Assembly (NCBI GenBank): GCA_019428945.1
Contig: JAHYJM010000004.1
Coordinates: 2,294 to 66,293, forward strand
Length of the DNA stretch: 64,000 nt
Direction of reading: 5' to 3'
Source of the DNA: Bacillota bacterium
GTDB taxonomy: Bacteria; Bacillota; Dethiobacteria; DTU022
Shown here in pieces: positions 50,034 through 61,272 of this stretch. Under the pieces are notes generated by a model, which saw nothing but the letters and a program-made list of their open reading frames with translations, did no database searches and was not told the DNA's origin. Every line of letters begins with the position of its first letter. Positions within the stretch are counted from its first letter, which is position 1. A program made the position numbers and the translations under genes.

Positions 50034-50124
50034 CACGACAGTACAAAGGATTTCTCTTGATTAGTAATGGTCAGCCGGAATCTGAATCAAACGCTGCAGT
50101 TAAGTTTGAAAAGGAGATTCAAAA

Positions 50125-50595
50125 TTGCTTAAAATACTTTTTGTGTGCACCGGTAATACCTGTCGCAGTCCGATGGCGGAAGCTTTGTTAAAGAACATGC
50201 TGTCTGGAGAAAAACTGCGATATGAAATTGAAGTCTTATCTGCGGGGCTTTCATCATTTCCGGGTGAGAAAGTATCGCACGAAGTGATTAAACTGTTACA
50301 GAATGAAGGTGTTGGAAACATTCAGGATCGGCGTTCTGTAATGCTTGATCGACTAATGGTTGATGAAGCTGATCTGATCTTTGTGATGACCGGTGACCAT
50401 CTCAGAAAGCTCACTGCGCTGTTTCCTTTTACAAAGGGAAAAGCTTATAAATTAACCGATTATGCTGAGTGCTTCGGAGGGGCCGACATTGATGATCCTA
50501 TCGGTCAGGACGAAGAAATATATCGCAAAGTGTTAGAGGATATCCGAGTCTGTTTAAAGAATTTAATTTCTAAATTAGAGCTAAGAGGGGGATAA
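50125..50595 (+). CDS. Low-molecular-weight protein Arg/Tyr phosphatase (YwlE-like)
   Basis: CTGNTCRSPMAE, DDPIG. Confidence 0.92.
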   Translation: MLKILFVCTGNTCRSPMAEALLKNMLSGEKLRYEIEVLSAGLSSFPGEKVSHEVIKLLQNEGVGNIQDRRSVMLDRLMVDEADLIFVMTGDHLRKLTALFPFTKGKAYKLTDYAECFGGADIDDPIGQDEEIYRKVLEDIRVCLKNLISKLELRGG

Positions 50596-50597
50596 AT

Positions 50598-51050
50598 ATG
50601 AAGATAGCTATCGGCAGTGATCACGCCGGTTACCGGTTAAAAGATCAGGTAGTCGAATATCTGAAGGCCTCCAATCATGAATTAAATGATTATGGTGTAT
50701 TTTCCGAGGAAAGTGCTGATTATCCCGATCTTGCATCGGCTGTAGCCGGTTTTGTACAAAGAGAGGAATTGTCTTTCGGCATTTTGATTTGTGGCACAGG
50801 AATTGGCATGTCTATTGCTGCTAACAAATACAAAGGGATCAGGGCAGCTCTCTGTGCCGAGCCATATTCTGCCCGCTGTGCACGACAACATAATGATGCA
50901 AATGTGCTTACACTGGGTTCACGAGTCATTGGACCAGGTCTGGCGATTGATATCGTATGCACATTTCTTGGTACTGAATTTGAAGGGGGACGTCATTCCA
51001 GGCGAATTGAAAAGATAAGCCTGGCTGAAAAACTGATGAACAGAAAATAA
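50598..51050 (+). CDS. rpiB: Ribose 5-phosphate isomerase B
   Basis: GSDHAG, CGTGIG, HNDANVL, FEGGRH. Confidence 0.96.
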   Translation: MKIAIGSDHAGYRLKDQVVEYLKASNHELNDYGVFSEESADYPDLASAVAGFVQREELSFGILICGTGIGMSIAANKYKGIRAALCAEPYSARCARQHNDANVLTLGSRVIGPGLAIDIVCTFLGTEFEGGRHSRRIEKISLAEKLMNRK

Positions 51051-51143
51051 TGAATCAAGGCTACAAGAAGGGCCTGGCATGGCAGTAATAACTATGAATA
51101 ATTATCCTGCCGGAGTAATGCAGATGGAGTTGAACTTATTAAT

Positions 51144-52403
51144 ATGGAAAGACTAGAAGCAATCCTTTCGACGGCACCTCTTCAGGAAATAGATCCTGAA
51201 ATAGCTTTCACATTAGATAATGAGCGAAAACGGCAGCAGGAAAACCTGATCATGATTGCATCTGAGAATCTTGTCAGCAGAGCTGTATTAGAAGCCCAGG
51301 GTTCAGTTTTAACCAACAAGTATGCTGAAGGTTACCCAGGTGCAAGGTATTATGGCGGTTGCTACTTTGTCGATCAGGCTGAAGAACTGGCGTATAAAAG
51401 AGCTGTTGAGCTTTTTAAAGCAGAACATGTCAATGTTCAGCCGCATTCAGGTACTTCTGCAAATATGGCGGTTTATCTTGCCATGCTAAAGCCCGGTGAC
51501 CGCATTCTTGGTATGGATCTCAGTCATGGCGGGCATCTTACCCACGGAAGCAAAGTAAATATTTCCGGCCGTTATTATGAGGCATTCAGCTATGGAGTTG
51601 ATCGCAAAACCAGTTTCATTGACCTTGATCAGGTCAGAGAAAAGGCACTCAGCGTAAAACCAAAATTAATAATAGCAGGCGCCAGCTCCTATCCACGGCA
51701 GATAGATTATGAAGGATTCAGATCAATTGCTGATGAAGCAGGCGCGCTTTACATGGTAGATATGGCACATACTGCCGGCCTGATAGCCGCCGGGGTTCAC
51801 CCTAACCCCGTTGAGGTGGCAGATATAGTTACCGCAACCACCCATAAGACTTTTCGCGGTCCCAGGGGTGGAATTATTTTCTGTAAATCAGCATATGCGT
51901 CAGCAATAGACAAAGCAGTCTTCCCCGGATTACAGGGTGGTCCGCTCATGCACATCATAGCGGCAAAGGCAGTTGCTTTTAAAGAGGCGCTTACTCCTGA
52001 GTTTGTCAGCTACCAGAAAACAGTGTTGGCCAATGCCCGTGCCCTTGCAAAAAGCCTTGTAGAGAGCAGTTTCGATCTGGTGACCGGTGGTACAGACACT
52101 CACCTTATTCTGGTTGATCTTCGGAGAAAAGGTATCTCCGGCAGAGATGCGGAAAAACTGCTGGAAGATGTTCAGTTAACTGTGAATAAAAATGTGATAC
52201 CTTTTGATCCGAAAGGCGCAAATGATCCCAGCGGGATCAGGCTGGGTACTCCAACCCTGACTTCCCGCGGTATGAAACCGGAGCAGATGGCAGAAGTAGC
52301 AATGCTTATTAATAAAGCGATTGAAAGTCGCAATGATCCTGAAGCCCTGGCAGATATTCGGAAAAGCGTTGGCAGGCTTTGCCGGGAATTTCCTGCCTAT
52401 TAA
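51144..52403 (+). CDS. glyA: Serine hydroxymethyltransferase
   Basis: [33 protein letters not shown]. Confidence 0.98.
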   Translation: MERLEAILSTAPLQEIDPEIAFTLDNERKRQQENLIMIASENLVSRAVLEAQGSVLTNKYAEGYPGARYYGGCYFVDQAEELAYKRAVELFKAEHVNVQPHSGTSANMAVYLAMLKPGDRILGMDLSHGGHLTHGSKVNISGRYYEAFSYGVDRKTSFIDLDQVREKALSVKPKLIIAGASSYPRQIDYEGFRSIADEAGALYMVDMAHTAGLIAAGVHPNPVEVADIVTATTHKTFRGPRGGIIFCKSAYASAIDKAVFPGLQGGPLMHIIAAKAVAFKEALTPEFVSYQKTVLANARALAKSLVESSFDLVTGGTDTHLILVDLRRKGISGRDAEKLLEDVQLTVNKNVIPFDPKGANDPSGIRLGTPTLTSRGMKPEQMAEVAMLINKAIESRNDPEALADIRKSVGRLCREFPAY

Positions 52404-52429
52404 TAATAAAAAGATAGGAGATGGTTCGC

Positions 52430-53059
52430 ATGGAACAAGTAAATGTTGTCGATCATCCGCTTGTGGTTCACAAGTTGACGCAATGCCGTCGGAGAGAGAC
52501 AGAAACCTGGCAGTTCAGGGGGCTGGTTGAAGAGATTACGGCAATGCTGCTTTATGAAGCTGTCAGAGATATTGAAACCGAGGAAAAAGATATTGTTACT
52601 CCGGTGACAGCTGCCAAAGGAAAGTTTATTAAAGATTCAGAGCCCGTTTTTATTGCTGTATTAAGGGCAGGTTTAGGTATGGTGCCCGGTGCGTTACGCC
52701 TGTTTCCTTATGCAAGAGCGGGACATATAGGATTATACCGTGATCATGATACTCATGTTCCAGTTGAATATTACTGTAACCTTCCTCCGAATATCAGTGA
52801 ACTTGATTGCTTCTTGCTAGAACCGATGCTCGCAACGGGTGGCTCTGCCACACACGCTATATCTGTATTGAAAAAAGCCGGCGCAAAAAAAATAAAGCTG
52901 TTAAGCTTGATTGCGGCCCCGGAAGGCATTAAAACAATCATTTCGGAACATCCGGATATTAAAATCTACCTCGCTTCGTTGGATGAAAAATTAAATGAGA
53001 ATGCCTACATTGTTCCGGGTCTTGGTGATGCCGGCGACCGTCTTTTTGGTACAGCTTAA
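52430..53059 (+). CDS. upp: Uracil phosphoribosyltransferase
   Basis: [29 protein letters not shown]. Confidence 0.97.
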   Translation: MEQVNVVDHPLVVHKLTQCRRRETETWQFRGLVEEITAMLLYEAVRDIETEEKDIVTPVTAAKGKFIKDSEPVFIAVLRAGLGMVPGALRLFPYARAGHIGLYRDHDTHVPVEYYCNLPPNISELDCFLLEPMLATGGSATHAISVLKKAGAKKIKLLSLIAAPEGIKTIISEHPDIKIYLASLDEKLNENAYIVPGLGDAGDRLFGTA

Positions 53060-53523
53060 TGCATGAGGATTTAACCGGTATTGATCGTCCTGACTGGGAT
53101 CATTATTTTATGGAAATTGCTACAGTTGTTGCAAAGCGGTCAACCTGCCTTAGGAGGAAGGTGGGCGCGCTTCTAGTTCAAAACAAGAGGATTCTTTCCA
53201 CAGGCTACAACGGCGCTCCCGGTGGATTGAGTCACTGTGCCCAGGTTGGCTGTATCAGGGAGCAGTTGAAAGTTCCTTCGGGAGAGCGACATGAGTTGTG
53301 CAGGGGACTCCATGCTGAGCAGAATGCAATAATCCAGGCTGCGGTTCACGGTGTAGCTATCGATAATGCTATTCTTTACTGTACTCACTATCCCTGTGCT
53401 GTCTGTGCCAAGATGCTCGTTAATGCCGGAATTAGATCACTGGTGCTTGCTGCCAATTATCCCGATGATTTGGCGAAAGAGATTTTTGCGGAAGCTGGAA
53501 TTAACGTCAGGTTTATAGTATAA
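53059..53523 (+). CDS. dCMP deaminase (ComEB family)
   Basis: [24 protein letters not shown]. Confidence 0.93.
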   Translation: MHEDLTGIDRPDWDHYFMEIATVVAKRSTCLRRKVGALLVQNKRILSTGYNGAPGGLSHCAQVGCIREQLKVPSGERHELCRGLHAEQNAIIQAAVHGVAIDNAILYCTHYPCAVCAKMLVNAGIRSLVLAANYPDDLAKEIFAEAGINVRFIV

Positions 53524-53789
53524 TATTTCGCGTGCCGTGCTTTTAGTTTGTATAAATATTTGCATATTTCAACGATTAGCCTGCACTCTGATTTTCGCTA
53601 ATATATAACTGAACATTAATAACCGCATCAGCTTAATAATGTTAATGACTACCTAAATACTACGCCGGCATATTCAAAAGGACCTTTTAAGCCATTATTT
53701 GATGAAGGTTATTTATTTGACTTAGAATATAGCTTGCTTAATTTTATTGTTGCAGCATAAATCAGTATCAGTTTAAAGGATGGTGGGGT

Positions 53790-54392
53790 ATGTCGATTCA
53801 GGTAAAAGAACTTATTGACAAGATTAAAAACGAGGGTGTCCTTGCGGCCGAGACTGAGGCTGAAAAAATTATTTCCGAAGCTGAGGAAAAGGCAGCCCAA
53901 CTAATTAAGGATGCTCAGGCCAAAGCGGAATTGCATAAGGCCCAGGTCGAACAGGAGTTGGAACAGCAAAAAGCTGCCGGTATTGCTGCTATTAAGCAGG
54001 CCGCCCGCGATGTTTTAATCGGTTTGGACAAGCAGCTTATAAAACGAATGGACGCGGTTATCATTGAATCAGTAGATACAGCACTGACAACTTCTTTAAC
54101 AGAGAAAATTATTGTAGAGATGGTCCATGCCTGGGCTGAAAAGGGCGAAGAGGGCATCAGGGTAGTTCTCTCTTCAAAAGATGCCGAAACGTTGAAAGAG
54201 TCTTTAAAGGGAAAATTGTCGCAGAGCCTCAAGGATGGAGTGGAAATAATCCCCTCTGCTAAGTTTGATAAAGGTTTTCGTATCGGTGGCAGTAGTGGGG
54301 TTTTATACGATTTTTCCAAGGAAAGTATTGCGGAGGTTCTGTCTCAGGCTCTCTCCCCCGACCTTGCAGCAGCTTTAAAAGAGTCAATCTAA
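53790..54392 (+). CDS. ntpE: V/A-type ATPase subunit E
   Basis: ELIDKIKNEGV...AEKIISEA coiled coil; GFRIG...YDFSKESIAE; first gene of the cluster. Confidence 0.85.
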   Translation: MSIQVKELIDKIKNEGVLAAETEAEKIISEAEEKAAQLIKDAQAKAELHKAQVEQELEQQKAAGIAAIKQAARDVLIGLDKQLIKRMDAVIIESVDTALTTSLTEKIIVEMVHAWAEKGEEGIRVVLSSKDAETLKESLKGKLSQSLKDGVEIIPSAKFDKGFRIGGSSGVLYDFSKESIAEVLSQALSPDLAAALKESI

Positions 54393-54411
54393 GGACTTGG
54401 AGGAAAGTGTC

Positions 54412-54939
54412 TTGAAAAACCATTATTACACGTTAGCGGCCCTTGGAACGATCAGGCTGGAAGAAAAAATACCCGTTACTGAAGAATATTTTTTGCAGTT
54501 TGCTGAAGATACAATTGATGCGAAAAGCTATCAGGTTTTGTTAAAAAGTCGCTGGGGCTTAACGGAGCCAACCGGCTTTTCTTTTGCTGACCGGATTCTC
54601 TCCTGGGAAAAGGAACTGCGTTTGGAATTGGCTAAAGCACGTGCTTTGAAGCTGCCATTTGACGCTTCTCCAGATCTAGAGGAATCAAAAGGTAGCTACA
54701 ACTTGCTTGAACAGGTGCGAGCTGTCATGGCTTTAGATTCACCTTTGGATGCGGAGCGATATTTGGACCAATTGCGATGGTGCTATTTAGAAGAGACGGG
54801 TGCTCACCACTATTTTGACCTTGAGGCTTTGGTCGTATATTATTTAAAACTTCAGCTTGCTTTGCGTCAGGAAAAGTTTAAAGTGGAACTTGGCAGAGAT
54901 TCTTTTGAAAAAGAATACGCTGCTTTAGCTGACAGTTAA
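54412..54939 (+). CDS. DUF2764 / V-type ATPase subunit C-like protein
   Basis: YYTLAALG, SWEKELRLELAKAR, AERYLDQLRW, HYFDLEALVVYYLKLQ; slot between E and A. Confidence 0.75.
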   Translation: MKNHYYTLAALGTIRLEEKIPVTEEYFLQFAEDTIDAKSYQVLLKSRWGLTEPTGFSFADRILSWEKELRLELAKARALKLPFDASPDLEESKGSYNLLEQVRAVMALDSPLDAERYLDQLRWCYLEETGAHHYFDLEALVVYYLKLQLALRQEKFKVELGRDSFEKEYAALADS

Positions 54940-54970
54940 TATACTGATTACCTTATAGAAATGGGTGAGG

Positions 54971-56740
54971 ATGATTAACAAAGTAATTGGAGTTAGTGGA
55001 AATATGGTATCTGTGGAATATGCCGGCGAAGCCACGATGAACGAAGTCTGCTACATTAATACCGGTGATAAGAAATTAAAATCAGAGGTCATCCGTATTA
55101 AGGGCAATGTGGCCGACCTCCAGGTTTTTGAAATGACTTCAGGTATAAGTGTGGGGGAAACTGTTGAATTCAGCGGTGAATTACTCAGTGTGCAGTTAGG
55201 CCCGGGTTTATTGGGGCAAATATATGATGGATTGCAGAACCCCTTACCTGAACTGGCACAGCAGTGTGGCTTCTTTTTAGAACGCGGTGTCTATATGGCA
55301 GCTCTCGATGATAAAAAAGAGTGGGAATTTAGCCCGACGGTGGAGGCCGGTGCCAGGTTGGAATCCGGCGAACAGATCGGCTTTGTCAAAGAGGGTCTTT
55401 TTAATCACTGGATCATGGTCCCCTTTCAGCTTGATGGTGTTCTAACAATCGAGAGCATTGCTGCGGCAGGAACATACACCATTAATGATGTGCTGGCGGA
55501 AGTTAAAGATGAAAAAGGCGACATTCACCAATTAACAATGGTATTTAACTGGCCCGTAAAAAGAGCGATTAAAAACTATGCAGAGCGCTTGAAGCCGGAA
55601 GAAACTCTGATCACAAAACTAAGAATTATTGACACTTTCATCCCCGTGGCCAAGGGCGGTACTTACTGCATTCCCGGTCCTTTTGGCGCCGGTAAAACGG
55701 TTCTGCAGCAAATAACTTCCAGGTATGCTGATGCGGATATTATTATTATCGCTGCCTGTGGTGAGCGTGCCGGCGAGGTAGTGGAGACCCTGAAAGAGTT
55801 TCCCGAGCTGATCGACCCGAAAACCGGCCGTTCTTTAATGGAAAGAACCATCATAATCTGCAACACCTCTTCCATGCCGGTTGCTGCTCGTGAAGCTTCA
55901 GTTTATACGGCGGTAACTATGGCCGAATATTACCGGCAGATGGGCCTGAATGTTCTGATGCTGGCTGATTCAACCTCGAGGTGGGCCCAGGCTATGCGTG
56001 AAATGTCCGGTCGTCTGGAAGAAATTCCAGGGGAGGAAGCATTTCCTGCCTACCTGGAATCCCTGATTGCCGCCTTTTATGAGCGGGCCGGGATAGTTCG
56101 CCTCAAAAGTGGCGATATCGGCTCTGTGACTATCGGCGGCACTGTTTCTCCGGCCGGTGGTAACTTTGAAGAGCCGGTAACCCAGGCCACTTTGAAGGTA
56201 GTAGGCGCATTTCACGGTTTGTCACAGCAGCGGGCTGATGCCCGTAAATATCCTGCTATCCACCCCCTGGAATCCTGGTCAAAATATAAGGGGATCATCG
56301 ATCAAAAGAAAACAGAATATGGTCGGGCCATTCTCTTTAAAGGTGACGAGGTTGGCCAAATGATGAAAGTAGTTGGTGAAGAGGGTACGTCCCTTGATGA
56401 TTATATCATTTACCTAAAATCGGAGTTGCTGGATTACGTGTATATTCAACAGAACTCCTTTGATCCTGTAGATGCTGCTGTTGAGCCTGAGCGCCAACTA
56501 CATATCTACGATATTCTAATCGGTATTCTGACGGCTAAGTTAGATTTTGCCGGCAAAGAGGAAGCCCGCTCCTGGTTTAACCGGGTGCGGCAGAACTTCC
56601 TGGACTATAATGGTAAAAAATGGAAGAGTGACGAGTTTAATAATTTGGAGAAAACCATCTCCGAACTGTTGGACGATAAGAAAATTGGGGTCGAAGCAGA
56701 TGCCGAAAGTCTTTGGGCAGGCGAGTCAAGGAGGGGCTAG
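54971..56740 (+). CDS. ntpA: V/A-type ATPase subunit A
   Basis: [47 protein letters not shown]. Confidence 0.96.
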   Translation: MINKVIGVSGNMVSVEYAGEATMNEVCYINTGDKKLKSEVIRIKGNVADLQVFEMTSGISVGETVEFSGELLSVQLGPGLLGQIYDGLQNPLPELAQQCGFFLERGVYMAALDDKKEWEFSPTVEAGARLESGEQIGFVKEGLFNHWIMVPFQLDGVLTIESIAAAGTYTINDVLAEVKDEKGDIHQLTMVFNWPVKRAIKNYAERLKPEETLITKLRIIDTFIPVAKGGTYCIPGPFGAGKTVLQQITSRYADADIIIIAACGERAGEVVETLKEFPELIDPKTGRSLMERTIIICNTSSMPVAAREASVYTAVTMAEYYRQMGLNVLMLADSTSRWAQAMREMSGRLEEIPGEEAFPAYLESLIAAFYERAGIVRLKSGDIGSVTIGGTVSPAGGNFEEPVTQATLKVVGAFHGLSQQRADARKYPAIHPLESWSKYKGIIDQKKTEYGRAILFKGDEVGQMMKVVGEEGTSLDDYIIYLKSELLDYVYIQQNSFDPVDAAVEPERQLHIYDILIGILTAKLDFAGKEEARSWFNRVRQNFLDYNGKKWKSDEFNNLEKTISELLDDKKIGVEADAESLWAGESRRG

Positions 56741-56742
56741 TA

Positions 56743-58041
56743 TTGCAAAAAGTATACAGTAAAATCGAATCGATCTCCGGTAACGTTATTACAGTAAAGG
56801 CAACGGGTGTGCGCTACAAGGAGCTTGCCGTTGTGGGAAGCAGGTACGGCTCATCAATGGCGGAAGTAATCCGTCTTAAAGGCGATGAAGTTGCCCTGCA
56901 GGTTTTTAATGGTGCACGGGGAGTATCCACCGGGGATGAAGTCCGGTTCATGGGTGAGCCGATGAAAGTTTCTTTTTCCCCGAACCTATTAGGGCGTATT
57001 TTTGATGGATCAGGACGGCCGCGGGACGGAGGACCTGAACTTGCCGATACAATGGTTGAAATTGGTGGCCCTTCCGTTAACCCCGCCAAGCGGATTATTC
57101 CCCGCAACATGGTCCGGACAGGGATTCCCATGATTGATGTTTTTAATTCGCTGGTAGAGTCGCAGAAACTGCCTATTTTTTCAGTTTCCGGAGAGCCTTA
57201 TAATGAACTTTTAGCGCGGATTGCCCTACAGGCTGAGGTTGATATTATTATCCTCGGTGGGATGGGTCTAAAATACGATGATTATCTTTTCTTCAAGGAT
57301 ACTCTGGAAAAGGGTGGCGTGATGTCAAGGACAGTCTTTTTTGTCCATACCGCGTCCGACCCCGTCGTTGAATCCCTGCTGGTTCCCGATATTGCCCTGG
57401 CGGTGGCGGAAAACTTTGCCATCCAGGACAAACGGGTCCTGGTTCTGCTGACCGATATGACCAACTTCGCCGATGCCATGAAGGAAATCGCCATTACGAT
57501 GGAACAGGTTCCCTCCAACCGTGGCTATCCCGGAGACCTTTACACCCAGTTAGCCTCACGGTATGAAAAGGCGGTTGATTTTGAAGGGTCAGGCTCAATT
57601 ACTATCCTTGGCGTAACCACCATGCCCGGGGATGACGTTACCCACCCTGTGCCCGATAACACGGGATACATCACTGAAGGACAGTTCTATCTTCGTAATG
57701 GCCGGATCGAGCCGTTCGGATCTCTGTCCAGGTTAAAGCAGCTGGTAAATGGTGATACCCGTGAGGATCACCGTGCCATCATGGACGGCATGATTAAACT
57801 GTATGCTGCCTATAAGGAGTCCCTGGAAAAGAAATCAATGGGTTTTAAAATGTCAGACTGGGATGAGAAGCTTTTGACTTATGGTCAGTTGTTTGAAAAG
57901 GAAATGATGGATCTTTCCGTCAACATTCCCCTGGAGGCCGCCCTGGATAAAGGATGGGAAATTTTAGGCGGCTGCTTTGCGCCGGAGGAAACAGGATTAA
58001 AGTCGGAGCTGATCGAAAAATACTGTCGTACTAAGGTGTAG
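56743..58041 (+). CDS. ntpB: V/A-type ATPase subunit B
   Basis: [49 protein letters not shown]; TTG after GGAGG. Confidence 0.96.
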   Translation: MQKVYSKIESISGNVITVKATGVRYKELAVVGSRYGSSMAEVIRLKGDEVALQVFNGARGVSTGDEVRFMGEPMKVSFSPNLLGRIFDGSGRPRDGGPELADTMVEIGGPSVNPAKRIIPRNMVRTGIPMIDVFNSLVESQKLPIFSVSGEPYNELLARIALQAEVDIIILGGMGLKYDDYLFFKDTLEKGGVMSRTVFFVHTASDPVVESLLVPDIALAVAENFAIQDKRVLVLLTDMTNFADAMKEIAITMEQVPSNRGYPGDLYTQLASRYEKAVDFEGSGSITILGVTTMPGDDVTHPVPDNTGYITEGQFYLRNGRIEPFGSLSRLKQLVNGDTREDHRAIMDGMIKLYAAYKESLEKKSMGFKMSDWDEKLLTYGQLFEKEMMDLSVNIPLEAALDKGWEILGGCFAPEETGLKSELIEKYCRTKV

Positions 58042-58044
58042 ATC

Positions 58045-58641
58045 ATGGCAAAAATCAAGTATACGAAAAATGAATTAAAAAAGCAAAAGGACCAGCTTAA
58101 AAGGTTCAGGCGCTATTTACCCACGCTGATTCTGAAGAAGCAGCTGCTGCAGATGGAGATAAGACAGGTCGAGATGCAAATAAACGAAAAGAACCAGCAG
58201 CGGGAAAGAATAAATGCCGAACTGATGAGCTGGGTTCATGTTTTTGGCGAAAATTTGAATATTGCCGAGCTGGTTAAGGTAAAAGAGACGGATCTGGAAA
58301 CCACTAACATAGCCGGTGTTGATATTCCAGTGTTTAATAAGGTCATTTATGAGAATATGCCCTATGACTTAATGTTCTATCCTTTATGGGTGGATGCAGG
58401 TGTTCAAAAGTTGAAAGAGCTTTTTTCTGCAGATATGGAACTTACTATTCTTAAAAAACAGGCTGAACTACTGGGTGAAGAATTAAGAATCACTTCTCAG
58501 CGGGTCAACTTGTTCGAAAAGGTAAAGATTCCTGACACCACGGAAAATATCAGGCGCATTAATATTTTCCTCGGCGATCAACAGACGGCGGCGGTTGTGC
58601 GGGGCAAGTTATCGAAAAATAAACTGGTGAGGGAGGCTTAA
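58045..58641 (+). CDS. ntpD: V/A-type ATPase subunit D
   Basis: TKNELKKQK...YLPTLILKK; TSQRVNLFEKVKIP. Confidence 0.93.
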   Translation: MAKIKYTKNELKKQKDQLKRFRRYLPTLILKKQLLQMEIRQVEMQINEKNQQRERINAELMSWVHVFGENLNIAELVKVKETDLETTNIAGVDIPVFNKVIYENMPYDLMFYPLWVDAGVQKLKELFSADMELTILKKQAELLGEELRITSQRVNLFEKVKIPDTTENIRRINIFLGDQQTAAVVRGKLSKNKLVREA

Positions 58642-58644
58642 GCG

Positions 58645-60528
58645 ATGATCGCAGAGATGAAAAATGTATCGATGGTTGTCCAGACCAAAGATAAAGAGTT
58701 AACTCTGGATGCACTGGCCGAACTTGGCCTCGTCCACCTTGAAGACTTTCAGTATTCTTCACCGGAAGTTGATGATGCTCTTGCCAGGAAAAACAGGGCA
58801 GAAGCTGCCTATAATTTTTTGATCTCACTCAAAAACAAGAATGACCTGACTTCCCCTTCTGTAGAAGTTTCAGAGGCCATAGAGGAAGTACTGAAGATAA
58901 AGGATGATCTTCAGGCTGCAATGGAACAGGAAGCTGCTTTAGAAAAACAGATTGCCGGTTTGGAAAAATGGGGGGATTTTAATCCCGCAGACTTCAACTT
59001 TCTTGCGAACAAGGGTTACTACCTGAAAATATATACCTTTCCTGGTGGCAAAAGCGACGATATCAACGATCTCGAGGGTTACGTAGTAATTTTAGAGGAA
59101 AACAAAAAAGAGTTGATATTTGCTCACCTTACCCGTGAACCTGTAAAACTGGACGATCATGAAGAGTTTAAGCTCCCCCAGCAAAGTCTCAGCGCTATGC
59201 GGGCAGAAAAAAATGAATTAGAAGCGAAGATTGCAGAGCTTACAGGCAAAGTACAGCAATATCATGGTCTTGGGCCTGCTCTACATGCTCACCTGGAAGA
59301 ACTGGACTCTAACCTGCAATATTGGATTGCCAAAGCAAATACCGTAGATGAAGGAAATCTCACCGCTATAGTCGGATATCTTCCTGCTGACGAAGCAGAG
59401 GCCGTCCAGAATTGGGCCCGACAGAATTCTGTCGCTTTAGCCATAACGGAGCCGGAAACATTAGAATCCGTCCCAACGCTAATCCGTAATCCCAGGTGGT
59501 TGCAGATTGTTGAACCTGTATTCAAATTTATGGGTACAGTCCCCGGCTATAAAGAACTGGATATAAGCCTGGTATTTCTTTGTTTTTTCACTATATTTTT
59601 TGCCATGATTATCGGGGATGCCGCCTACGGAAGCATTTTTTTCCTGGCAGGACTCGGTCTGGTAATTTACTATGGCAAATCTAAAAAAGAGAAACCTCCA
59701 CTGGCTGTGGTGCTTTTTACCATTCTTGGTTTGGCCACGGTTATATGGGGGAGCATGACCGGTTCCTGGTTTGGCAGTCCTGAACTGATCAAAGGTACTA
59801 TATTGGAAAAACTGGTAATTCGCCAGCTAACGGAGGGTTTCAGTTTCCATACGCCCGCCGGTGAATTTTATAAGGTTTTGAGCGGCCAGGATGTTATCAT
59901 GCTGTTGTGTTTCACCATCGCGATAGTTCACCTTACTATTGCGCAGGTTTGGAATTTTTTACGTGCCCTGGCTCACCGCTCTCTGCAGGCCCTGGGTCAG
60001 GTAGGATGGATGCTAATTAACTTTGGTCTTTTCTACCTGGTGCTCGATATGGTGGCGAGATTCAACCTCGACCAGGCGCTTGGTGCGGGAGGTCTCGTTA
60101 CAGACATGAGTTTAAATATTATTATTATTGGGTTAGCGTTGATCGTTCTTTTTGGCTCACAAAGACCAAGGGGTAACTTTTTTAAAGGACTGCTTGGCGG
60201 TCTTGGAGATCTACCGAGCACAGTTCTGGGATCTATATCGGCCTTCGGTGACATCATATCTTATGTGCGGCTTTTTGCCATGGGTCTGGCGGGAGCCGAA
60301 ATAGCGAGAGCATTCAATAACATGGCCGGAGACCTTTTATCCGGCAATACGTTCATATTTGGGGTGCTGATCCTGTTAATCGGGCATGCCTTTAACTTAG
60401 TTCTCTGCAGCCTGGGAGTGCTGGTGCACGGAATTCGTTTGAAAATGCTGGAGTTCTCGGGTCGGCTGGGTATACAGTGGTCTGGCCAGGAATATAATCC
60501 ATTCAGATTTCGTAGAGATTTTATTTAA
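58645..60528 (+). CDS. ntpI: V/A-type ATPase subunit I (a)
   Basis: WGDF, VPTL, PGYKELD, GDAAYG, SYVRLFAMGLA (essential Arg), HGIRLKMLEF. Confidence 0.93.
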   Translation: MIAEMKNVSMVVQTKDKELTLDALAELGLVHLEDFQYSSPEVDDALARKNRAEAAYNFLISLKNKNDLTSPSVEVSEAIEEVLKIKDDLQAAMEQEAALEKQIAGLEKWGDFNPADFNFLANKGYYLKIYTFPGGKSDDINDLEGYVVILEENKKELIFAHLTREPVKLDDHEEFKLPQQSLSAMRAEKNELEAKIAELTGKVQQYHGLGPALHAHLEELDSNLQYWIAKANTVDEGNLTAIVGYLPADEAEAVQNWARQNSVALAITEPETLESVPTLIRNPRWLQIVEPVFKFMGTVPGYKELDISLVFLCFFTIFFAMIIGDAAYGSIFFLAGLGLVIYYGKSKKEKPPLAVVLFTILGLATVIWGSMTGSWFGSPELIKGTILEKLVIRQLTEGFSFHTPAGEFYKVLSGQDVIMLLCFTIAIVHLTIAQVWNFLRALAHRSLQALGQVGWMLINFGLFYLVLDMVARFNLDQALGAGGLVTDMSLNIIIIGLALIVLFGSQRPRGNFFKGLLGGLGDLPSTVLGSISAFGDIISYVRLFAMGLAGAEIARAFNNMAGDLLSGNTFIFGVLILLIGHAFNLVLCSLGVLVHGIRLKMLEFSGRLGIQWSGQEYNPFRFRRDFI

Positions 60529-60633
60529 CCGGTAACCATCTCTACAATATCTCGACGGTTAGGACTAGTATCTTTTATTGTATCGGGATAATATACCGAA
60601 ATAAACTGCATTATTGAAAAGGAGCCTGATAAA

Positions 60634-61080
60634 ATGGTTGAGTATGGATTAATGGGTATTGCTGCAGCGCTTGCTATCTCTGCTGTTGGATCTTCACTCG
60701 GTATTGGTGCGGCCGGGCAGGCTGTTATTGGAGCGTGGAAAAAAGCATTCATGCAGAATAAGCCTGCTTCGTTTATGTTGTTGGCTTTTACTGGCTTTCC
60801 GCTCTCCCAGACTTTTTATGGTTTAATTCTAATGAATACCATCGTAGCATCGGCACATCTCTTAGAGAGTGGTGTAATTCTGGGGATCGGTATTTTTGGT
60901 GGCCTTGCAATCGGCACATCAGCCTATTTCCAGGGCGTTGCCGGTGCCGGTGCAGTCGATGCTTTTGCAGAGACAGGCAAAGGGTTTACCAACTATGTTC
61001 TGGTGCTTGGCGTTATTGAATCCGTTGCTCTGCTGGCTATGGTGTTTCTGATGACGATGATCAACACCATAGCAGGGTAA
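60634..61080 (+). CDS. ntpK: V/A-type ATPase subunit K (c), four-TM proteolipid
   Basis: GSSLGIGAAG, PLSQTFYG, FQGVAGAGA, GVIESVAL. Confidence 0.93.
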   Translation: MVEYGLMGIAAALAISAVGSSLGIGAAGQAVIGAWKKAFMQNKPASFMLLAFTGFPLSQTFYGLILMNTIVASAHLLESGVILGIGIFGGLAIGTSAYFQGVAGAGAVDAFAETGKGFTNYVLVLGVIESVALLAMVFLMTMINTIAG

Positions 61081-61272
61081 TTTCTGCAGAAGTGCTCTGC
61101 TATCGGTCGGATTAATCATTTGAGGCTGTCTGCAAAAGTGTTTTGGTCAGCCCCTATAGTTATCAATTTTGTCACTAAATTAATGCTGTTTAAAACAAGC
61201 GGACGGGTAGCGCTTACGCTATTATGCCTCTACCCAGGGTATTCATTTTAAGGTGTGTGGAAGGAATATTTT

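Noticed and set aside
51051-51143. Possible ZTP or other riboswitch upstream of glyA
   Set aside because: Only an imperfect GGCAG...CTGCC hairpin is present; the conserved ZTP sequence elements are absent and the region is short.
53524-53789. Remnants of atpI or the F-type operon, or IS ends, at the left V-ATPase junction
   Set aside because: AT-rich sequence with no atp-like ORF, terminal repeat or target duplication visible; only a weak CTGCAC-17-TATAAC promoter candidate.
61081-61254. Several short hairpins between ntpK and murA, considered as an ncRNA
   Set aside because: The stems are short, there is no U-tract, and nothing resembles a known family.
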